From Octopus sinensis (Eukaryota): a stretch of DNA of 64,000 bases. Both the position numbers and the translations under genes were made by a program. The DNA lies in the NCBI RefSeq assembly GCF_006345805.1, contig NC_043000.1:22940001-23004000 (forward strand), written 5' to 3'. This document shows positions 27,201-34,900 of the stretch, piece after piece. How positions within the stretch are numbered: the first letter of the stretch is position 1; each line of letters begins with the position of its first letter. The notes beneath the pieces were generated by a model. That model saw only the letters and a program-made list of their open reading frames with translations. It was not told where the DNA came from and did no database searches.

Positions 27201-29091
27201 TATTTGCAACTAAAACCTTCCAAAGTTTAACCCTGAACAATACTTCAGACCAACCACACACTTATAACCCTAACATTCTAAAAGCTTCCATTTCAGGGGG
27301 TCAGGAAAATATTTCTAAATAATAGGTGACTATGTGCAATCCACAAAACATCCTTGTGTCTGTACACAAACATTCTATATCGTTTCATGCAGTTCATATT
27401 TATCACAACTAAGATCTCCAACCTGCACCCAACCAATGCACCAGTTTAGCTTCTCCATTTCACACAAATCTTTACCTCCAGGACTGCAACCCCTAAAACT
27501 TACTACCCGCTCACATTTTCAATACTTTCTTCAATTTCACCTTTCCTTAAGACAGTGCAGTATACAGTACAGTGATTTTAGGGAAATTCGGTTGCTATTT
27601 CTAGCAGGTTAAACGACCACATAGGAACTTCCTTAGGTTGTTTAGTCCACGTCAACAGATTGTGCCAGACTGTGGCTCCAACGCATTCCAGTCATTACCA
27701 CTTCATCTTATTCCCTAGAATCTGGATTACATGTAGTTAGAACGGTAGGGTGTAATATGAGATTTGGTTCTGTTTCTAAGAGGGAGAAGTGACGATTTAA
27801 GAGACTCCTCGAGCAGTGTGTGGCTGAGTGGGAGGGTGTGCTACATTTGCAAGTTTTTGACAGTGTCTACATACTTAAAGATATCAGGGAAAATAATCAA
27901 GTGGTGCCAAGTAGCATACAAGGAGGTGGGGAGAATCGGGTATTATTCTGTAATTTATCACTCGATTAACAACAGCCACACTCGACTGTATTTCTCGCCT
28001 TGGTGTTATAGGGACACCCCGTGACTTTAACGAACTCATCCCTCCCCTGACCGGACCATAACTGATTTCTAAGAAGAAAAAAAAAGAGAGGGTATAGAAT
28101 TAATCTCGGTGCTTTATTCATTGACTCCAAATTAATGAATGGCAAAGTCAACCACGGCAGAATTTCAACGGTCAACATAGAATAATGTAAGCATAAGTAC
28201 ATGAAGTCCATGTATACAGGTTTGAAAAAGTGCCTCGAGGTCAGGAGTTCGTTGCAAAATGACATTGCAAAAGACAAAAAAAAAATTTCAGACGTTTTTC
28301 TTTCTTCTTTCTTAGTGTCTATTCTTTTATGGACGCCTGCAGGTTTCAGTTGGAAAACTGGTTTAATTCTCGAACATTACAGCTGATAGCGTTGGTGGAT
28401 GTAATATTTCTTTGGTATAGAATTAGATTTTTTTTTTCTTCCTGAAATTCGATATACCGAAGAATATCGGATAGAAAAACGAAACGCAAGGTGTGGAGAG
28501 GTCCAAGGGTCATGTTGTCAAGTGTTTAATATCTCCCATAAAAAAAATTGCTTTATATTATTTCCAAAATGAATACTTAGTCAAAATAGAAACAATGGAC
28601 TTGATTTTTTTTTTTATTAAGCACCCAACAGTGAGTCTGACTGTCCCCTTAGGTATTCTTAGCTGTCGCCGTTGTGGCTGTATATATCCAAGTTCCTTGA
28701 CATTCAACAACAAATAAAAATGATACTAATTCGGCCCATGATTTAAGGAGGTACGTGCCAACAGAGACGTACACATAAACTCGTAAGACAGCTCTACACA
28801 GCTTATAATGGTCTTTTTTATTACAATAATACAAAGAGACCATGATTTAAAGTCCCACTCACGACTAATGATGACATCTGCTAATGAAATGGCGCAAATC
28901 AACCTGTTTAATGCGGAAATGCTACGTTTCCCTCTATTTTTCCAATGATGTCTTTTACAAAACACGACTTGAATGCTAATTCGTGCAACAATTTTTATTT
29001 TAGAAAAATCTGCCATGTAATAACATAGTATTTTGTAAAATACTAAATAATCCTTGTCTTGCAAAGTAAATAAACAAACGTTGATAAATGC

Positions 29092-29127
<36 letters not shown>

Positions 29128-30645
29128 GGGCAAGACTTAAAAATCAATTACCATAAAGTCAGAATATACAAATATTAGAATTTAAAGTAAACTTGGGGCT
29201 CAGTTTGCTTATGAAGTCATCTTTTATAATTGCTTTTCCATTTCGGATGGTTTTATTAGGAATAAAACTAGATCGACTCGTAGGTGTTCACTAATTAGTG
29301 TTTAATCTCAATTAAAAACACATGAAAACAAATAATTACAAGTTCTAAAAATAGGACCGATTTACTCCATTCTGACCAAAGATCTTTGATTCATAGACTA
29401 TTTCTGCAATCATGTGTAATCCAGTCGGCACCCCGCAAACACAGAATATTAATAAGTCAGGAATGGATTATAATACTTATTCAGTAGCATGTTTTTGTTA
29501 TCTACTCATCGTACTGGTGGCATTGTTAGAGTAAATAGAATTTTTTCATAATAGCAGACAATTATTGCATCAGTTTTATGAGAATCGGTGCAATATTATG
29601 AAATAGTTCTGTTTTAACGGTCAGAAAAACTTACATGCAAACTTCTCCAGATAGATCTCGATAAAACAAACCGGTTATTTGTTAAATCTTCATTAAATAT
29701 TAAGTGCGTGCGTGTTAGTATATGATCTATAATGAAAACTTTAGTATAACCAAAGCATGTAAATTTGATGGGCTTTTTTTAATGATGTGCGAATTAGTAA
29801 ATACACATCGTAATTTACAAAATGTTGAATTCTACAAAGGAGCATAAAACAATATAGAAAAGCTTACAGCATGGTGTGGTTAAAATAGTGATGGTGTCAG
29901 AGGGCAAAATGCAACGGTATGTGATATGTATACGTGTTTGCGCACATATGCATCCACATGTGTGTGTACATATAAATATATAGAACACACACGCGTTATA
30001 TATATATATATATATATAAATATAAGGATGGTATTATTAAAATACCATCACAAATGGTAAGCGAATTATCAGCCGTACAGACAAATTAATAAAATATATA
30101 CATATATGTGTACATATATACACAAGGGTACTACATGAGTACCTATATACAGATATATATTTAAAAGGAGGGTGAGAAATTAGATATTAATTTAATTAAC
30201 ATCGATTTCACACCAGTGGTCTAGCATATAAAAAAACTGAAGGTTCAGTAAAATTGTATTATATACATATTAGAGAGAAACCACTATGTGGATAACCATA
30301 TGCTAGAAATAGATCCGCTATGGTCTTACCATTAAGAAATGTTCTCAAGAAAAATTTAACAAAACAATACATATATATGTTGTTTTGCTAAATTTATATA
30401 CTTTGCTCTATATATATATATATATATAATGTCAGTAAAGATGGGTGTGAATGCAAAAAGTTTCGCGAGAAATTTGGAATATTATGAGGAAAAACTGCAT
30501 TGATCAGCATGAATAAGTTTTTAAAAGCAATTTCCTATTTGTTGTTGTTATTATTGTTACGGTTGAAATATGAACTTACCTTCTCTTGAGCTCTCCCGTC
30601 TCCCAAGTGGGGTCCATCAAGAAAACTAAGAGCTTGTTCATCCAT
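651..30645 (-). CDS. XPOT: Exportin-T (tRNA exportin), 5' part: 12 coding exons, gene continues beyond the left edge
   Basis: Exons in gene order: 30580-30645, 22254-22339, 18691-18744, 16715-16784, 14041-14259, 11660-11743, 7401-7670, 5980-6059, 4192-4384, 2843-2905, 2211-2282, 651-779. All GT-AG with consistent phases, 1386 nt = 462 codons. Peptide MDEQAL...KNKIAQLF...YLRILTAID...VVDREIIH...ISWIDINLVAND...KGMEPVAK...HEDDDIS...GEEEAMF...MLGEALP is collinear with vertebrate XPOT as I recall it. Confidence 0.95.
2211..2282 (-). CDS. XPOT: XPOT coding exon 11
   Basis: GEEEAMFQDYRKQVKIIFNNLAQL; 72 nt. Confidence 0.93.
2843..2905 (-). CDS. XPOT: XPOT coding exon 10
   Basis: QMLIIIINKLKYDETYNFDIE; 63 nt. 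Confidence 0.92.
2993..3182. mobile_element. hAT MITE
   Basis: CAGTGGTTTTCAAC...GTTGAGAACCACTG; TSD ATATGAAT/ATATAAAT. Confidence 0.7.
4192..4384 (-). CDS. XPOT: XPOT coding exon 9
   Basis: MLKTDINSALNCLQAIERK...HEDDDISEAVIGFAQDY...REHIQ; 193 nt. Confidence 0.95.
5980..6059 (-). CDS. XPOT: XPOT coding exon 8
   Basis: DEEGDYMAKLAKLVNGMGQNLFSCYQ; 80 nt. Confidence 0.93.
7401..7670 (-). CDS. XPOT: XPOT coding exon 7
   Basis: TTYQSSQPDIACLCLEVVGKFISWIDINLVANDQF...KGMEPVAKTKLIES...MCPNE; 270 nt. Confidence 0.95.
7951..8185 (-). mobile_element. tRNA-headed SINE with (AAT)n linker and a hammerhead-like motif in its tail
   Basis: Head 8111-8185 with decayed A/B boxes (TGATGTAATGG, GAGTTTGATTCC); hammerhead-like motif at 8000-8043. 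Confidence 0.6.
11106..11562 (+). mobile_element. Tandem pair of TTAA-flanked piggyBac-type MITEs
   Basis: Units of ~220 bp, TTAA-CCCTTT...AAAGGG-TTAA termini, no ORF. Confidence 0.8.
11660..11743 (-). CDS. XPOT: XPOT coding exon 6
   Basis: EADRNSNLKDAMREHCIHQLVDSWLQIM; 84 nt. Confidence 0.93.
13018..13248. repeat. Direct tandem duplication (118 + 113 bp)
   Basis: GACAAACATCACTGAGTTGATC...GACTACATCGAC occurs twice, head to tail. Confidence 0.9.
13384..13780 (-). mobile_element. tRNA-derived SINE family B, tandem dimer
   Basis: B-box-like GTTCAAATTCC and central GCCTTTCATCCTTTCGGGGTCGATAAA (Nin-like domain, inferred). Other copies at about 3925-4140, 19580-19790, 21845-22062, 35248-35420, 44364-44567, 51795-52000, 58915-59140. 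Confidence 0.8.
14041..14259 (-). CDS. XPOT: XPOT coding exon 5
   Basis: ASSVTKDKSFLKNKIAQLFSLAFL...DVVDREIIHSDH; 219 nt. Confidence 0.95.
15925..16381 (+). mobile_element. Second tandem pair of the same MITE, nested in an older opposite-orientation relative (~15725-16407)
   Basis: TTAA at 15925 and 16378; the host element resumes CAAAAATATGGTAACAAAAGGATTAA. Confidence 0.75.
16715..16784 (-). CDS. XPOT: XPOT coding exon 4
   Basis: YQTAGSEDQQIVREFLMTCLQMQ; 70 nt. Confidence 0.88.
18691..18744 (-). CDS. XPOT: XPOT coding exon 3
   Basis: (S)DNARFFFLQVLESYLKQ(R); 54 nt; phases 2/2. Confidence 0.88.
19037..19562 (-). mobile_element. Interspersed retroposon-like repeat inserted in an (ATT)n tract
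   Basis: ~525-bp GC-richer block bounded by (ATT)n on both sides; family not identified. Confidence 0.45.
21161..21595 (+). mobile_element. SINE-like retroposon family A with internal 62-bp tandem array and (GAT)n tail
   Basis: Core TGGCGTTAGGAAGGGCATCCAGCTGTAGAAAC and tail CCATGCTAGCATGGAAAACGGACGTTAAACGATGATG. Other copies at about 995-1280, 3584-3836, 4463-4745(-), 7058-7306(-), 25355-25712, 40280-40763, 47920-48420(-), 49662-49925(-), 60670-60912. Confidence 0.85.
22254..22339 (-). CDS. XPOT: XPOT coding exon 2
   Basis: ILTYFELLKRSDDGWKLCITAFTCGKYN; cag/gtcagt boundaries; 86 nt. Confidence 0.9.
22856..23092 (+). mobile_element. RTE-clade LINE 3' ORF remnant
   Basis: Degenerate peptide WFSDVMYIEDDSCIKKCQELKV..R..WDEAVKTDL resembles the RTE C-terminal WxGHVxR...GRPxKTWxxxVxxDL. 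Related minus-strand relics near 10450-10620 and 17660-17900. Confidence 0.6.
23226..23545 (+). mobile_element. hAT MITE, same family as 54114-54456
   Basis: Internal sequence near-identical to 54114-54456; 8-bp TSD CTGTAAAG. Confidence 0.8.
24955..25805 (+). mobile_element. Internally deleted Tc1/mariner relic interrupted by a SINE (~25355-25712)
   Basis: TA + TIR CAGGATGTCCCAGAATTAAT / ATTAATTCTGGAAAACCCT; residual transposase peptides FHHQDGA and LAELKEHIQLAVQELTTEMLQNVFHNAKERFEVCRDTGH. Confidence 0.7.
26309..26545 (+). mobile_element. tRNA-headed SINE (family D head joined to family C tail)
   Basis: A box TGGCCCAGTGG, B box GGTTTCGATTCC; tail CTAAAGGCGGTGCTCCAGCATGG...CAAGTAC + poly-A. 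Confidence 0.7.
30580..30645 (-). CDS. XPOT: XPOT coding exon 1
   Basis: MDEQALSFLDGPHLGDGRAQEK, followed by GTAAG donor. Confidence 0.92.
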
Positions 30646-31499
30646 GCCGAGCATTGGAACAGAAACCGTTCCCATCTGTTTTGAACTTCACCAACTCTGC
30701 CACACACACTCTTTGCCAAATTACTTGTCCTCCTTTTAAACTTTGTACAACGAGAACAAATGAAGTGTTTGAGGTTCTAAGTATATATCAAGAAAGAATT
30801 GTGTTTGCCGTTGTCGATATGGGAGGACAAGATGTTGGGTTGGCAGAGCATTTGGTAACTATTTTATTTAAAGGACTGGTTTTATTAACCAGCAAAAAAA
30901 ATATAGAGATATATATATTTATATATATAACGGTTGATAGATGTTTCAACAAATTAACAATTAAAATTTAGTGCCCATATTTGTATTAACAATTACTTTT
31001 CTGAATGTTCCTGCGTAAACATAATTTGAATATTTTTCATATCACATTTAACAGTTAATTGTTAAAACGGTTTTTTTTCCTCTCTTCTCTGTGTAATAAT
31101 AAATGGTAAAAATGTGAATAATTTTTCTTTTAAATCTATTTCAGAATTTAGAGCAGGTAGATAAAAATGCTATATAAATGATGTAATAATTGTGATTTTC
31201 TTTTATATTTGGGGCTGCTGTTGTTATATTTTCAAATCCAGTCGGTAAAAATCTGGGGAGTCTCTCTTCGTCTCTTTAGACACGTGGAACACAAACTTAA
31301 TGGATTAAAAGCAAAAAAAAACTAATAACTACACAATTATGTGGCTACACAGGCTGTTACTGTGGCTTCATAATAATGGGTAATTGTTGATAGGGTAGCT
31401 AAAGTATTATAGAGCTTATTGTGTCATAGTTTGTAATCTGGTAAATTCAAATTGTTGTCTTTTTTTCCCATCTTCAATTGTTTGCATTGAGACATGAAG

Positions 31500-31990
31500 A
31501 CAACCGTATCACAAAGTCTCGTTTCGGTCGCTCCACAAGCGTGCTTTAATATATCGAGTGTGCGAGATCTCGAGCAGAAAACATGGAGTTCATTTTTAAA
31601 TAGTTCTTTTTTTAGTTTTATACCTTTTTAAATTATACATAATTCATCATCGATGTGTTAAGCATGTTTTGAATAAAATTCGACGTAAAATTAAATATCG
31701 ATGTTAATCCAAGTAGTTCCGTCCCTGTAAAGTCTCGTTTTCGTCACGTGATCTACCTTTCTACATCACCCGTCAAGATGAGAGCCCGTGGTCAGGTAAC
31801 CTCCTCGAAAAATATTTCTTTCCTTCATTATTTCCTACGTTTCCCACTTTAAATATACTTTTAATGGAACAATCGCAGATTAATTAACCGCTTCAGCCCA
31901 TCTATTGTACAGTAAATATTGTGAAGATGACCTATTAGCGATAAATTCCTTGGTTTTCTCGCGGTTCCTTCATCAAAATGGCGCTGTAGC
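31500..31990 (+). promoter_or_regulatory. RPL18A core promoter region (probably shared bidirectionally with XPOT)
   Basis: CpG-rich. TCT/5'TOP-like CCTTTCT at 31756-31762, ~20 nt before the ATG; E-box GTCACGTGA 31743-31751; DRE-like TATCGAT 31696-31702; AAAGTCTCGTTT twice (31513, 31729); YY1-like CAAAATGGCG 31974-31983 in intron 1. Confidence 0.65.
31778..31795 (+). CDS. RPL18A: RPL18A coding exon 1
   Basis: ATG AGA GCC CGT GGT CAG|gtaac, preceded by a pyrimidine-rich TCT-like start. Confidence 0.9.
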
Positions 31991-34900
31991 CACATGGCAG
32001 AATGGTTCCAAATATTCAGAAGCAAAAATGTATATTTGTGAGAAATGCTGTGGGGTATTCGTTCCCAAACCTATTCATTAGTCTTACGTGTTTTATTTTT
32101 TATTTAACTATAGCCTTGCTGTTGTTAATGTACAATTAACTATATTTTCTATCGGTCGTTTTCCCTACGCACATGTCCCTTTACTCAGCAGTTTAAAAAT
32201 ATTGTTGATGTCAGAAAAATTGTGCTACAATAAATTCAACCTGGTCGTTTCACTCTTAAGTTAACAAATTTACGGGATTGAATTAGGTTGATACACCCAC
32301 GAAGAAAATTGGTTTTGTTTTATGCCCTATTTGTGAAGATTGTAATTTACGGTTCTTTATTTTTTTTTCCTTATTACAGTTGAACGAATATAAAATAATC
32401 GGGCGAGAATTACCGACAGAGAAATGTCCGATTCCACCCCTGTTTCAGATGAGAATATTTGCATCTGAACCATGCAGTGCTAAGTCAAGATTTTGGTATT
32501 TTGCCAGTCAACTTAGGAAATTAAAGAAGAGCAGAGGAGAAATTGTTTGTTGCCACAAGGTAAGTCTGCAAAAGAAGCAGAAATGTCAATCGCTTTAAAT
32601 TCGTTGCACATGGGGAGATGAAGTAAAAGAAAATTTATTGGTGCTCTTCCGTTTGGAAAGTTTTGACAAAATCTGCTTAACGCTCGTCACTACCTCGAGG
32701 GGAAGGAAAGGGACAAGAAACTGAGTGGTTGTTTCTTTATATAGTCATTTCTGTCCCAAAACTTTTACATTGTTTTTTCCTCTACCTCTTCAATTCTATG
32801 CTTCCCACACACCTCACCCCAATAAATTTTGTTACTATTTACACCCGTCTCACTAGGCGGGTATAACAGAATAACATGCTAAATATTGAAAATGTTTCTT
32901 ACTGATTAAACTTGTGTATACAAATTGTAAGTTTACGACATTTTAAGATGCACTATACTGTGTATAATGACTACTACACGCCTTCCAATTTTTTTTTTAT
33001 CCTCTAATCTTTCGACCACTATTTATAGCTGTATTTTTTAATAGATTTAATATTGGTGCTGCTGAGATACGTTTTTGTCGTTTCCTTAATACCAGCAGTT
33101 CATAAAGCAAAGTTATTTTCTCGCGGGGGATTCTTCATGGACAAAGGCTTAACACAGTGTTAAGGTTTTTAGGGACCTCTGTATTTGAGTAATACCCAAA
33201 GAAAGATAGCGTGTTGATCATTTTAATTCAGTGATAAATGGAAGTGGTGTAATTTCGAAAAGATGGAGTGTGATAACATGAAATCCTGAGACAACGAAAT
33301 GTACAATTGACTATATTTTCTATCGGTCGTTTTCCCTACGCACATGTCCCTTTACTCAACAGTTAAAATATATTGTTGATGTCAGAAAAATTGTGCTACA
33401 ATAACTTCAACCTGGTCGTTTCATTCTTAAGTTAACGTATTTCGGGATTGAATTAAGTTGATACACCCACGAAGAAAAGTGGTTTTGTTTTATGCCCTGA
33501 ACATTTGGGTGACTCAAGCTTTTTACACCATCATGAGTAAAAACGTGATGTATTAAATTATGGGCTCCCTTAGGTTTGCAGTTTCACTGTTTTTCATACT
33601 GACGGCTTTCCATTGTAGCATATGCACATACCCTTAAACTCGGCAATTTATTGTTTTTGAAGTGTTCCAGGATTATGGGGTTGAATACAATTGTCTAGTA
33701 CTTTTCCCTTCCATCAGTCTTCGTAGTCACACACCCTGCTAGAAATAGCAGCGCAAATCACTTTTCCCCATATAATATCACATGAATTTGTAGAGATGTG
33801 ATTGAGATAATTGTATTGAAACTGGATAAAGTTAAAACATTCAGGTAATAATGGTGTTTATGTGTTATGTACTTAAGAGACTTGTGAGATCCCTTACTTG
33901 AAAGACAGTGGTTAGTGTCAGGAAGGACATCTGACTGTAAAGCAAAGCCAGAATAACAATCATCTAATCCATGCTGGTGTAGTGAAGTGGATATAGGATG
34001 AGCAAAAACAGGCGATTCAGATGTTGGACTAAAGTTATCTCAATGTCAGTGTTCAATTAACACTTAACTAAGCTGGTTAATTCATTTGCTTAAATATATC
34101 TTTCTACATTTACACACATGAATAGTCATGCCTATTAGCCTTAATCAATGACCCTGTCCATTGCCTATTGGGTGGGAAACCAGCATTCTGAAAGTGTTCA
34201 AAAACTTTAGTTTTGTGGTCGTTGTCCAGTTTTGAATTTAATTTTCTCTGAATTCTAATTTGATATTGGTAAATACTCTGGTTCTGAACATGCTAGTCAC
34301 TAATCTTATCAAAGTCCAGTGACATGATGCGTGTTCAATGTTATTGTAAGAAATGGTAGGTCTGATAGCAAGGGTGGGGAATTTGTAGTCATTTGAGCTT
34401 TAGAAGAACTGTCTGACAGTATTTGTTTTTGCTCTTTACATTCTGAAGTCGACTTTGCCTTTCATCTCTCTTGTTTAAGTACTAGTGGTGATATAGTTGA
34501 CCGGCGCCCTCCCCTCAAAATTCCTGGCCTTGAGCCTGATTGAAACAAGTATTAGAAAGGGTATATGGACTTCCACTAACTTTTTGGTTCCATAGGAATA
34601 TCTGACTCACTATACGTTTGTAGCTCTCAGTAGGTAAGATGATATTTTGGTGATTGATGTCTGTTAGATGACAATTTGATTATTAAATGTCTTAATATTT
34701 TGTATTAAAATTTATTTTCTAATTTATTGTTAGATTTTTGAAAGAAAACCTGGGACCATAAAGAATTATGGCATCTGGCTTCGTTATCAATCTCGAAGTG
34801 GAATCCACAACATGTACAAAGAATACCGTGATCTCACTGCTGCTGGAGCTGTGACTCAGTGCTGTAAGTATATATATATATAGATATTCCAGAAAGTTTA

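Noticed and set aside
33228-33292. Possible C/D snoRNA (GTGATAA...CTGA) in RPL18A intron 2
   Set aside because: Degenerate C box, no convincing terminal stem, no recognisable rRNA antisense element.
33543-33605. Possible C/D snoRNA (GTGATGT...CTGA)
   Set aside because: Short, mismatched C box, no identifiable guide.
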